A stretch of 64,000 nucleotides of DNA. Origin: Candidatus Binatia bacterium. Lineage in GTDB: Bacteria; Desulfobacterota; Binatia; UBA9968; JAJDTQ01. Made by a program: the position numbers and the translations under genes. The stretch spans positions 2,816,001 to 2,880,000 of the forward strand of contig OY762897.2 of the NCBI GenBank assembly GCA_963666515.2, given 5' to 3'. This document shows, piece after piece, positions 30,799 to 39,719 of the stretch. A model generated the notes under the pieces. It made no database searches. It was not told the origin of the DNA and saw nothing but the letters and a program-made list of their open reading frames with translations. Numbering within the stretch: position 1 is the first letter of the stretch; the number at the start of each line of letters is the position of its first letter.

Positions 30799-31809
30799 CT
30801 ACGCGCCGGGCGCGTCCGCGCCGGCGGCGGCCAGCCGCTGCAACGCGCGCGTGACGTAGACGCGGGTCATGCGTTTCCGATACCAGTAGTCCATGTCGGC
30901 GTTGTCCAGCGGATGGGACACGCGCATGGCCAGTTCCGCGGCCTCCTCAATGGAAGGGGCGTCCACGGGCTTGCCGCACAGCACCCCGGGCGCGTCCTCC
31001 ACCACCTTGGGCGCCGACGCCACCGCGGTGAGGACGACCTTGGCGCCCTCGCAGGCCCCGGACGCGCCGATCCGCAGCGCCGCGGCCACCCCCAGCACGG
31101 GGAAGTCGAAGGAGCCCCGGCGGCGCAGCTTGAGGTAGACGTTGCGCCAGCCGAAGGAGGCCTCCGGGATCCATACGCCCTGGAGCAACTCCGCGGGCCG
31201 TTTGGTGAGGTAGTCGATGCCGTCGTCGCGGTACAGGGTGTCCAGCGGGACCCGGCGGCTGCCCTCCGCGCTCACCAGGACGGCCTCGGCCCCCAGGCTG
31301 CTGAGCACCGGCGCGGTGTCCGACGAGCAGATGGCCAGGCAGACCCGGCTCTTGGGCGCCACCAGGCAGATGTCGCCGTCCTTCTTGAGGCAGAAGCCCA
31401 CGGCTTGGCGCCAGAAGAACGACTGGTCGTAGTAGTTGCAGCGGGTGTCCACGAACAGGTTGCCGCCGATGGTGCCGGCGTTGCGGAGCTGGAGCGTCGA
31501 GACCAGTCCGGCCGCGTCGGACAGCGCGGGGAAGGCCCGGCGCACCGTCTCGTGGCCGGCCACCGCGCTCAGGGTCTCGCCGGCGCCGATCCACAGCCCG
31601 CGGCCCTGCTCCCGGCGGATGCCCCGGTGCTCCTCGACACGGCCCAGCGACACCAGGTAGCGCGGCGTGAACTGCCCCCGCTTCATCTTGGGATAGACGT
31701 CGGTGCCGCCGGCCACGGCCATGGCCTCCGGACCCAATTCCCCCAGCACCCTCGACGCCTCCGCCAGGGTGCGGGGCCTGACATAGGTGAAATCCGGCAG
31801 TCGCAGCAT
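30799..31809 (-). CDS. hcrB: 4-hydroxybenzoyl-CoA reductase beta-like FAD/[4Fe-4S] subunit
   Basis: AGGTD and RNAGTIGGN FAD motifs; C-x15-C-x7-C-x8-C insert typical of HcrB. Confidence 0.8.
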   Translation of the reverse strand: MLRLPDFTYVRPRTLAEASRVLGELGPEAMAVAGGTDVYPKMKRGQFTPRYLVSLGRVEEHRGIRREQGRGLWIGAGETLSAVAGHETVRRAFPALSDAAGLVSTLQLRNAGTIGGNLFVDTRCNYYDQSFFWRQAVGFCLKKDGDICLVAPKSRVCLAICSSDTAPVLSSLGAEAVLVSAEGSRRVPLDTLYRDDGIDYLTKRPAELLQGVWIPEASFGWRNVYLKLRRRGSFDFPVLGVAAALRIGASGACEGAKVVLTAVASAPKVVEDAPGVLCGKPVDAPSIEEAAELAMRVSHPLDNADMDYWYRKRMTRVYVTRALQRLAAAGADAPGA

Positions 31810-31837
31810 CAATTCGTCTCGTAACGAGGAATCGAAC

Positions 31838-31941
31838 CGTCCTTCGACTTCGCGACGCTTCGCGTCGCTACGCTCAGGACGAACGGAGAAAGACTATCAC
31901 AACCGTTCGTCCTGAGCGTAGCGTAGCGAAGTCGAAGGACG
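31838..31941. repeat. Branched palindromic REP/RPE-like element
   Basis: Outer IR cgtccttcgacttcgc / gcgaagtcgaaggacg; inner IR gctacgctcaggacgaacgg / ccgttcgtcctgagcgtagc; side hairpin gcgacgc-ttc-gcgtcgc. Confidence 0.8.
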
Positions 31942-31945
31942 CCGC

Positions 31946-34327
31946 CTAGCTCTTCTGCGGCACCTCGACCCCTTCGCCGGGAGCCCAGCGGATGGGCGTG
32001 GGGAACTCGAAGTCCGGCACCGTGGGCTCCTTGAGCCGCTGGTCCAGCGCCCGCAGGATCTTGTCCGGGGTGACCGGTATCTCGTGGATGCGCACGCCCA
32101 CGGCGTCGTACACCGCGTTGGACACCGCGGGGATGACCGGCAGCAACGGGCCCTGGCCGGCCTCCTTGGCGCCGAAGGGACCCTCGGGGTCATCGGTCTC
32201 CACCAGGATGGTCTCGATGGGCGGCGTCTCCAGCGTGGTGGGGCTCTTGTATTCGAGGATGGAGGGTATCTTGTGCACGCCCGACTTGCGGAACACCTGT
32301 TCCTCCATCAGCACCTCGCCCAGGGCCATGTACACGCTCCCCTCCACCTGCCCCTGGACCCACAACGGGTTGAAGGCGCGGCCGCAGTCGTGGGCGATCC
32401 ACACCTTGTCGATGCGGATTTCGCCGGTGTCGGGGTCGCAGTGCAACTCCACCACCGCGGCGGAGTAGCTGTAGGCCGGGGTGGGTCCGACGCCGGCGCC
32501 CTTGTAGTCTCCCGGATGGCGGGGCGGCCGGTAGCTGCCGGTGGCTCCCAGCGTGCCGAAGCGGGTCTCCGCCCGCTCGACGCACTCGGCGAAGGCCAGG
32601 CCCCGGTCCGGCAGGCTGCGGCTGCGCACCTGCCCTTCCTCCATCTCCAGGTCGTCGTCGGGCACCTCCAGGACTTCCGAGGCCACCTCGAACAGCCGCT
32701 CCTTGAGGTTGCCGCAGGCCTGGATGGCGGCGTTGCCGGTCATGACCGTGACCCGGCTCGAATAGCTGCCCAGGTCCACCGGCGTGAGGTCGGTGTCCGC
32801 GGTCACCACCCGCACGTCCTCGGGCCGGAGCCCCAGTTCCTCCGCCACCGCGAAGGCCAGGATGGAATCGGAGCCCTGGCCGATCTCGGTGGAGCCGCAG
32901 AAGACGGTGACGCCGCCGCCCCGGTCGGCGCGGAGCTGGACCCCCGAGTGGGGCATGTCGTTCCAGTAGATGGGCAGGCCGGCGCCGCTGATGTAGGAGC
33001 TGGCGGCGAAGCCGACGCCGTGCCCCGGCGGCAACCGGCGATGCTTCTCCTTCCAGCCGGAGGCCGCGGCCACCTTCTCGATGCATTCCCGGAGCCCGAT
33101 GGTGCTGACCCGGAGGCCGTTGACCGTGACCGTGTCGGGCTCCACCACCTGCCTGAGCCGCATGTCCACCGGGTCGAGGCCGAGCTTGTCGGCGATCTCG
33201 TCGAGCTGCACCTCCATGGCGAACCGGGGCTGGGGGGTGCCGTGGCCGCGCTTGGGGCCGCAGGGAGGCTTGTTGGTGAACACCCGCACGCCCTCGAACT
33301 TGTAGGCGGGCAGGTCGTAGGTCACGGTCTGCAGCGCGCCGGTGTAGTAGACGGTGGCCAGGCCGTAGCTGCTGTAGCCGCCGCCGTCGAGGAAGGAACG
33401 GAACCACATGGCCTTGAGGGTGCCGTCGCGCTTGACCCCGGTGCGCATCCACATCTTTACCGGGTGCCGCCCCCGGTGCACGTAGAACGACTCCTCCCGG
33501 TTGAGGGTGATCTTCACCGGCCGGCCGGTGATCATGGCCAGCTTGGCCACCGCGATCTCGTGGGAGAACGGGTCGCTCTTGCCGCCGAAGCCGCCCCCCA
33601 CCGGGGTGGCGACGACCCGGATGTGCCCCATGGGCAGGTCCAGGACCCTGGACAGGGCGCGGTGCACGTAGTGGGGCGTCTGGGTGGACGACCACAGCGT
33701 GAGCTTGCCGTCCGGCGTATAGGTCGCCAGCGCGCAGTACTGCTCCATGGGCAGGTGTGTGTTGCCCTGGAAGAAGTACGTCCCCTCGAATACCTCGTCC
33801 GCCTCCTCGAAGCCGGCGTCCACCTCGCCGAACTCGAAGGAGACCGCCTTCTGGATGTTGGCCCTGCGGTTCCAGGTGTGGATGCGGTGGTCCTCTGCTT
33901 CCAGGGCGCCCTCGATGGACAGGATGGGGTCGAGCACCTGGTAGTCGACGTCGATGAGCCGCAACGCCTCCTCGGCCGCGTCCTCGCTGACCGCCGCCAC
34001 CGCGGCCACCGGGTCGCCGACGTAGCGCACCTTGTCCACCGCCAGCGCCTCCTCGTCCTGGGTGGAGGGCATGATGCCGAACTTGGTGGGAACGTCCGCG
34101 CCGGTGATGACGGCGAGGACGCCCGGAAGCTCCAGCGCCCTCCGCATCGAGACGTCGTGAATCAGCGCGTGGGGATGCGGGCTCCGCAGCAGCCGGCAGA
34201 ACAGCATGCGCGGCAGCACCATGTCGTCCGCGTAGCGCGTGTCGCCGGCACACTTGGCCGGACCGTCGATGCGCGGCAGAGGCTTGCCGATGACCGAGAA
34301 CCCGTTCTTCTTCCCGTTCTTGCTCAT
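31946..34327 (-). CDS. hcrA: Xanthine-oxidase-family molybdopterin subunit, HcrA-like
   Basis: Start at MSKNG (ATG 34327); GGGFGGK, EIGQG, GSYSSRVT, GQVEG and GPFGAKEAGQG motifs. Confidence 0.75.
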   Translation of the reverse strand: MSKNGKKNGFSVIGKPLPRIDGPAKCAGDTRYADDMVLPRMLFCRLLRSPHPHALIHDVSMRRALELPGVLAVITGADVPTKFGIMPSTQDEEALAVDKVRYVGDPVAAVAAVSEDAAEEALRLIDVDYQVLDPILSIEGALEAEDHRIHTWNRRANIQKAVSFEFGEVDAGFEEADEVFEGTYFFQGNTHLPMEQYCALATYTPDGKLTLWSSTQTPHYVHRALSRVLDLPMGHIRVVATPVGGGFGGKSDPFSHEIAVAKLAMITGRPVKITLNREESFYVHRGRHPVKMWMRTGVKRDGTLKAMWFRSFLDGGGYSSYGLATVYYTGALQTVTYDLPAYKFEGVRVFTNKPPCGPKRGHGTPQPRFAMEVQLDEIADKLGLDPVDMRLRQVVEPDTVTVNGLRVSTIGLRECIEKVAAASGWKEKHRRLPPGHGVGFAASSYISGAGLPIYWNDMPHSGVQLRADRGGGVTVFCGSTEIGQGSDSILAFAVAEELGLRPEDVRVVTADTDLTPVDLGSYSSRVTVMTGNAAIQACGNLKERLFEVASEVLEVPDDDLEMEEGQVRSRSLPDRGLAFAECVERAETRFGTLGATGSYRPPRHPGDYKGAGVGPTPAYSYSAAVVELHCDPDTGEIRIDKVWIAHDCGRAFNPLWVQGQVEGSVYMALGEVLMEEQVFRKSGVHKIPSILEYKSPTTLETPPIETILVETDDPEGPFGAKEAGQGPLLPVIPAVSNAVYDAVGVRIHEIPVTPDKILRALDQRLKEPTVPDFEFPTPIRWAPGEGVEVPQKS

Positions 34328-34830
34328 GTCGGCTGCGACCCATTCATTTCGGTAACGGCTTGCTCCACCGCCTCGATGATCTTGGTATAGCCGGTGCAGC
34401 GGCACAGGTTCCCCGACAGCGCCTCCTCGATGTCCGCCCGGGCCGGGTCCGGCTGCTTGTCCAGCAGCGCCTTGGCCGCCAGCAGGATGCCGGGGATGCA
34501 GTAGCCGCACTGGGCGGCGCTCAGGTCCGAGAACGCCCGCTGCAAGGGATGCGGCCGGCCTCCTTGCGCCAACCCCTCGACGGTGGTGATCTCCGGGCCC
34601 TCGGCCTCCACGGCCAGCATCAGGCACGAGTAGACGGGCTCGCCGTCCACCAGCACCGTGCAGGTGCCGCACTCGCCCAGCTCGCAGCCGTGCTTGGTGC
34701 CGGTGAGGCCCATCTCTTCCCGAAGCACCTCCAGCAGGCTGTGGGTGACGTGGCCCGCCACCTCGTGCTCCTCGCCGTTGACCCGCAGGCGCAGCAGCCG
34801 CTTGCCGGTGATGGTCTCGCTTTGGGACAT
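34324..34830 (-). CDS. hcrC: 2x[2Fe-2S] subunit, HcrC/CoxS-like
   Basis: GCELGECGTC, QCGYC and NLCRCTGY motifs; ATG 34830 chosen. Confidence 0.8.
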   Translation of the reverse strand: MSQSETITGKRLLRLRVNGEEHEVAGHVTHSLLEVLREEMGLTGTKHGCELGECGTCTVLVDGEPVYSCLMLAVEAEGPEITTVEGLAQGGRPHPLQRAFSDLSAAQCGYCIPGILLAAKALLDKQPDPARADIEEALSGNLCRCTGYTKIIEAVEQAVTEMNGSQPT

Positions 34831-34838
34831 CGCGTCGC

Positions 34839-36155
34839 TCAATTCCGAAAGAACCTCCTGGCCTTCAGCTCGAAACGGGGCAGGGTCTCCGGCGCCGCCA
34901 CCTCCACCACCGGGCGGATGTGCAGGTTGTCCCGGACGGCCTCGGTCACGGCCTCCCGGAGCCCCGCCGGCGCCCCGGCCGCGACCGGCTCCACCGTGAT
35001 CTTCAACTCGGCCATCCCATCGGTCTGCACCACGTCCACGCGGAATTCCTCCACCTCGGGGAACCGCCGGACGATGCCTTCCACCGCGCTCGGGAAGACG
35101 TTCACTCCCCGTACCACCACCATATCATCCACGCGGCCCAGGACGCCCCCCTGCAATACCAGCGAGTCGCGCCCGCAAGCGCAGGGGCCGCGCCGGGGCT
35201 CCACCAGGTCGCCGGTGCGGTAGCGGATGACCGGGCTCCCGACCCGGCCCAGGTTCGTCAGCACCAGCTCCCCCCGTGCGCCCTCCGGCAGCGGTCCGCC
35301 GCTACCCACGTCCGCCTGCTCCTCAGGGCCGGTGACCTCGCCCCGGACACCACGGTCCGGCAGCGGGCGCCCGCTCTCCACGTCCACCACCTCGGCGATG
35401 AACTCGTCCTCGTTGACGTGGACTCCTTCCGCCAGGGCGTCGCAGGCGAAGCCGAAGGCGCCCACCTCGGTGGCGCCGGTGTGGTCGAAGCAGCGGGCGC
35501 CCCACGCCTCCTCGATGCGCTGCTTCGTCGACGCGATGCTGGCGCCGGGCTCACCCGCGTGGACCGTTGTCCGCACGGCCGAATCCCGCGCCAGGTCCAT
35601 GCCCGCGCGGCGCGCCTCCGCCGCCATGTGCAACGCGTACGTGGGGGTGCACACCAGCACGGTGGCGCCGTACTCCACGAGGCTCTTGAGCCGCTGCTGC
35701 GTGGACTGCCCGCCGCCGGAGACGGCCAAGGCGCCCACCTTGCGGGCGCCTTCCCAGCCGCTCCAGAACCCTATGAACGGCCCGAAGGAGAACGCGAAGA
35801 AGATCCGGTCCGCGGGCCCCACCCCGGCCGCTTCCAGCACCGCTTTCCAGCACTCGCCCCACCAGTCCCAAGACGCCTCGGTATCGAGCCAGTACATGGG
35901 CCGCCCGGTGGTCCCCGAGGTCTGGTGCACGCGCACGTAGCGCTCCGGCGGATAGGTCAGGTCGCTGCCGAACGGCGGGCGCCCGAGCTGGTCGTCCACC
36001 AGCTCCTGCTTGGTGGTGAACGGCAGCTCCGAGAACCGTTGCAGCCCCTCCAGGGGCCGTTCGACGCACCCTTCGAGCTTGCGGCGATAGAACGCGTTGG
36101 TGCGGAGCACCTCGTCGAGCATGCCGTTGAGCCTGTCCAACCGGGCGCGTTCCAT
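34839..36155 (-). CDS. Phenylacetate-CoA ligase (PaaK)-family acyl-CoA ligase
   Basis: LPFTTKQEL, TSGTTG, GATE, RYRTGD and GRVDDM motifs; start ATG 36155 avoids overlap with the upstream gene. Confidence 0.85.
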   Translation of the reverse strand: MERARLDRLNGMLDEVLRTNAFYRRKLEGCVERPLEGLQRFSELPFTTKQELVDDQLGRPPFGSDLTYPPERYVRVHQTSGTTGRPMYWLDTEASWDWWGECWKAVLEAAGVGPADRIFFAFSFGPFIGFWSGWEGARKVGALAVSGGGQSTQQRLKSLVEYGATVLVCTPTYALHMAAEARRAGMDLARDSAVRTTVHAGEPGASIASTKQRIEEAWGARCFDHTGATEVGAFGFACDALAEGVHVNEDEFIAEVVDVESGRPLPDRGVRGEVTGPEEQADVGSGGPLPEGARGELVLTNLGRVGSPVIRYRTGDLVEPRRGPCACGRDSLVLQGGVLGRVDDMVVVRGVNVFPSAVEGIVRRFPEVEEFRVDVVQTDGMAELKITVEPVAAGAPAGLREAVTEAVRDNLHIRPVVEVAAPETLPRFELKARRFFRN

Positions 36156-36186
36156 CGTCCCGTCAACTTTGACACGGAACGCGGAT

Positions 36187-37101
36187 TCAGCCAAGGCGCA
36201 GTCCGGGACGGAGACCCGCGGCGCCGGCGTATTCGGCGGCGGCGACCTTGACGCGGGAATCATGCGCCCTCACCCGCTGCACCCGCACGCTCGCCCCGCC
36301 CGCGGCCACCGCCATGCCGGCGTCCGAGAGGTCGAGGATCTCTCCGGGAGCGCCCTTGTCCGCGGCCAACCGGCTGCCGTAGAGCTTGAGCCGGTTGCCG
36401 CCGACGGTGGTCCAGGCGCCGGGCTGCGGGTCGGTGCCGCAGATGAGGCGGTGCACCTCCTCGGCCGGCCTGGACCAGTCCACCTCGGCGTCCGCCTCGC
36501 CGCACCAGCTCTCGTAGGTTGCCCGGCCGTGGTCCTGCGCGATGCGCGGCGCGGCGCCGGCGCGCACCAGTTCCACCGCCTCGGCCATCGCATCGACGCC
36601 CATGGGGAACAGCTTGCCGAAGTAGAGGCTGCCCACGGTATCGTCCTCGGCGATTTCCACCTCCTTCTGCAGCAGGATCGGACCCTCGTCCAGGCCCTCG
36701 TCCGGCCAGAAGATGGTGAGCCCGGTCTTCTCGTCTCCCATGATGCGCGCCCAGTTGATGGAGCTGGGGCCGCGGTGCAGCGGCAACAGCGAGGGATGGT
36801 ACTGGATCGTGCCCAGCGCGGGCGCGTCCAGCACCCGCCGCGGCACCAGCAGCGTCACGTAGGCCATGACGCACAGGTCGGGTTGGAACGACTCTATCAG
36901 GGCCAGCGCTTCGTCCGTCTTCCAGGTCGCCGGCTGGCGCACCGGCAGCCCGCGCTCCAGCGCCGCTTCCTTGAGCGGGTCCACGGGCCGGCCCTCGTGG
37001 TCCTGCGGACAGAAGACGCCCACCACCTCGTCCGGACCCGACTCCAGCCGTTCCAACACGGCCTTGCCGAACGCCTGTTGCCCGTGGATCAGAATACGCA
37101 T
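36187..37101 (-). CDS. Formyltransferase/10-formyl-THF hydrolase-like protein
   Basis: YHPSLLPLHRGPSSINW and DEGLDEG motifs; ATG 37101 with AGGAG. Confidence 0.85.
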   Translation of the reverse strand: MRILIHGQQAFGKAVLERLESGPDEVVGVFCPQDHEGRPVDPLKEAALERGLPVRQPATWKTDEALALIESFQPDLCVMAYVTLLVPRRVLDAPALGTIQYHPSLLPLHRGPSSINWARIMGDEKTGLTIFWPDEGLDEGPILLQKEVEIAEDDTVGSLYFGKLFPMGVDAMAEAVELVRAGAAPRIAQDHGRATYESWCGEADAEVDWSRPAEEVHRLICGTDPQPGAWTTVGGNRLKLYGSRLAADKGAPGEILDLSDAGMAVAAGGASVRVQRVRAHDSRVKVAAAEYAGAAGLRPGLRLG

Positions 37102-37379
37102 CGGTTCTCCTGTAATACTTGCTTGACACACAGGCCGTCCTTTCCTAGTCTCAATCCTGAACACTCCCGCAGAAGGTCCGTGCGTCGGGCCTTCCGCCAA
37201 ATACAACAGCCCGATCTGGCAATGGGTAGCTCCCGGCGCTTGGGTGAATAAGCGGAAACATCAAACACCTTCTGTGGGATGTGTTCAATGGCCCGGCAAT
37301 CCCGCCGCGCCGAAACACAACGCCGGACCACAAGCCGGCCGCCCCTTCACGTGTCCCTGACCGAGAAAGGAGACGCTGA

Positions 37380-37661
37380 ATGGCTCAGGGAGACGACATG
37401 GCTCAGGAGACGATCAGCCCGGAGCAAGAATCGCGGCAATTCCCCGTAATCGTTCATCTCGCAGGTTGGGAGGTGGTGGCAAGGGAAGAAAACCCGGGAC
37501 GATCCACCGACCATCTCCTCGTACTGGAGTATGATCCCGACCGGATTGTCCGGCATCCGATCGTACGCATTGGAAACCGGACGGCTTTCGCCGCCGATCG
37601 TGAGACTCTCCTGGAAATGGCCCGCCACATCTTGCGCACGCTGGATCCCGGGGCTCGTTGA
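37380..37661 (+). CDS. Small hypothetical protein
   Basis: AAGGAG RBS; alternative start at 37398; no family recognised. Confidence 0.5.
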   Translation: MAQGDDMAQETISPEQESRQFPVIVHLAGWEVVAREENPGRSTDHLLVLEYDPDRIVRHPIVRIGNRTAFAADRETLLEMARHILRTLDPGAR

Positions 37662-37686
37662 CACCATCGAACCGCTCTGGTATCGG
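37658..37686 (+). promoter_or_regulatory. Possible sigma70 promoter for the VOC-IspH-like-UbiD operon
   Basis: TTGACA-N17-TATCGG with an extended-10 TG; the -10 hexamer is imperfect. Confidence 0.3.
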
Positions 37687-37753
37687 CGTATCATGGACCG
37701 CCAAGGGTCCGTTCCGCAGGATTCCAGGCCTGACGACTTGCAGGAGGTGACCG

Positions 37754-38794
37754 ATGGACAGACATGAACCGCGCGGGGTCGTGCATTGGATCGATCATTT
37801 CATCGTGGGCACCAACGACATGGTGACCTGGGTGGACTGGGCGGTGAACGCCACCGGCATCACCCGGCGGCCGATCCGCGGCATCACCACCAAGGCGCGC
37901 AAGAAGGACGTGCCGATCATGTGCTTCCTGTGGTGGGACGGCGAGTCGTGCCGCATCGGCGCGTTCCTCCAGCCGGAGGTCTATCCGACCGCCAAGCCGC
38001 TGGGCGAGGAGCTGCCGCGGTGCGGCTTCTACATCCGGCCCGAGGACGTGGACCGACACCTCAAGCGGCTCGAACGCCACGACATCCCCCACACCGACCC
38101 GGTACGGACCGCGGACGGCGGCGACGAGGGCACGGTGATCTACTTCGCCGACCCCGACGGCAACCAGTTCGAGTTCTGGGCGCCGGAGCACATGCCCGAA
38201 GGCGCCATGGAGATATGCACCTCGGAAGGCGTCGGCCGCATCAGCCACGCGGTGTACGGCTCCCGGGACCTCGGCCGCACCGCCGACTTCTTCGGCAGGT
38301 ATTGCGCCCTGGAACCCGAGGTGAACCCCAACGTCGCCGAGGGCAACCTGGTGCTGCGGCTTCAAGCCGGCGGCCGGCTCATCTACAAGCTCACGGAGCA
38401 GGTGGACGAACGCGTGGCCGGGCACGGCCCCTGGTGGGACATGCACACGGCGCTGACGGTGCGGGCGGAGGAGTTCATGCCCAACTACCGGCGCATGTGG
38501 GAGACCCTGCCCGAGGAAGCCATGGCCAAGGAAGAGGACACCCTGACCCTGGAGGAAGAGGACGCGCTGCCGGCGCGCACCGGCCTGCACCGGAGCCCGG
38601 TGGGCTACCGCTGGAAGGCCATGTTCGAGCGCGGCGACGAGTTCTACGACTGGGACGGCCACGCCTTCCACTTCTTCGGCGGCAAGCCCGTGAAGGACGA
38701 CGGCTCGCTGGCCCTCTACACCATCGTAGAGCAGGAAGACTACCTCACCGACGTCGCCGTCGAGGCCGAGAAGGCCCAGGCCGCCCAAGGCTGA
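37754..38794 (+). CDS. Two-module VOC (glyoxalase/extradiol dioxygenase fold) protein
   Basis: IDHF, YFADPDGNQFEF, ISHAV, HTAL and YDWDGHAFHF motifs; AGGAGG RBS. Confidence 0.75.
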   Translation: MDRHEPRGVVHWIDHFIVGTNDMVTWVDWAVNATGITRRPIRGITTKARKKDVPIMCFLWWDGESCRIGAFLQPEVYPTAKPLGEELPRCGFYIRPEDVDRHLKRLERHDIPHTDPVRTADGGDEGTVIYFADPDGNQFEFWAPEHMPEGAMEICTSEGVGRISHAVYGSRDLGRTADFFGRYCALEPEVNPNVAEGNLVLRLQAGGRLIYKLTEQVDERVAGHGPWWDMHTALTVRAEEFMPNYRRMWETLPEEAMAKEEDTLTLEEEDALPARTGLHRSPVGYRWKAMFERGDEFYDWDGHAFHFFGGKPVKDDGSLALYTIVEQEDYLTDVAVEAEKAQAAQG

Positions 38795-38819
38795 CGGCTG
38801 TTTCAGCGAGGAGGTTTTC

Positions 38820-39704
38820 ATGGAAGTGGTCAAGGTCGACTTCAACAACACCAAGGGGATCCCGCCGTCGGGTCTGTGCGTGGGCGTGCACCGCGCCGGG
38901 GCCATGCACCAGAAGATGGTGCAGAAATACGGCAACGGCATCGCCGTCTGGTCCCTGCGGCCCGAGAACGACTTCATCGCCTTCAAGTCGCTGGAAGACG
39001 AGGAGGGCATCCGCTCCACCAACGACATGGACTCCATCAAGGACGAGAAGCTCATCTACGGCGTGCGCGGCGCGCCGCCGGAGATCCGCAGGCAGGCGAA
39101 GGAGCAGGGCCTGGAGCTTCTGGCCGACGCCACCTGCCCGTTCGTGGTGCAGCAGGAGGAAGCCGAGTTGGAGCTGCTGGACCAGGGCTGCCACCTGGTG
39201 ATCCTGAGCAGCCGCACGCACCACGGCATCCCGCGCCTCATGGGCATCGCCAGGGAGAAGGAGCGGGAGGTGTTCATCGTCGAGACCGAAGAGGACGTGG
39301 CCGACATCCGCCTCACCCGCTTCGAGCCCGTGGGCGTCATCGTCCAGACCACCTTCTGGATGGAGAGCTACACCAAGATCATGACCCGCATCCTGGAGCG
39401 CTTCGCCAACGTGCGCATCCGCAACACCGCCTGCATCGACTCGTTGCAGCGGCTGCCCAAGGTGGAAGAGCTGGCGCGTGACGTGGAGGCGGTGGTCATC
39501 TTCGGCTGGACCGAGGGCATGACCAACCGCATGGAGGAAGTGGCGAAGGCCTTCAACGACAACGTCCACCGCATCGAGAAGATCGAGGACCTGGACCGCT
39601 CCTGGTTCACGGGCAAGTCCCGTGTCGGCATCGTCGGCGCCAACGAGACCACCGACGAGCTGGTGGACGAGGCGGTGGAGCGCATCAAGTCCATGGCGGC
39701 GTGA
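38820..39704 (+). CDS. IspH/LytB-fold Fe-S protein with non-canonical active site
   Basis: GLCVGVHRA, DATCPFV, QTT, NTAC...QR and VGIVGA motifs; His/Glu/SSN motifs replaced. Confidence 0.8.
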   Translation: MEVVKVDFNNTKGIPPSGLCVGVHRAGAMHQKMVQKYGNGIAVWSLRPENDFIAFKSLEDEEGIRSTNDMDSIKDEKLIYGVRGAPPEIRRQAKEQGLELLADATCPFVVQQEEAELELLDQGCHLVILSSRTHHGIPRLMGIAREKEREVFIVETEEDVADIRLTRFEPVGVIVQTTFWMESYTKIMTRILERFANVRIRNTACIDSLQRLPKVEELARDVEAVVIFGWTEGMTNRMEEVAKAFNDNVHRIEKIEDLDRSWFTGKSRVGIVGANETTDELVDEAVERIKSMAA

Positions 39705-39719
39705 GAGGATCGAACCCAC

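Noticed and set aside
30799-34830. Annotation as aerobic CO dehydrogenase (coxMSL)
   Set aside because: No AYXCSFR or AYRGAGR motif (here PKRGHG), and the FAD subunit has an HcrB-type Fe-S insert.
37102-37379. Possible riboswitch or sigma54 site in the divergent intergenic region
   Set aside because: No recognisable riboswitch consensus by eye; TGGCAATGGGTAGC has GG-N9-GC spacing. An Rfam scan would be needed.
38820-39704. Annotation as canonical ispH
   Set aside because: The catalytic Glu and most diphosphate-binding residues are missing.
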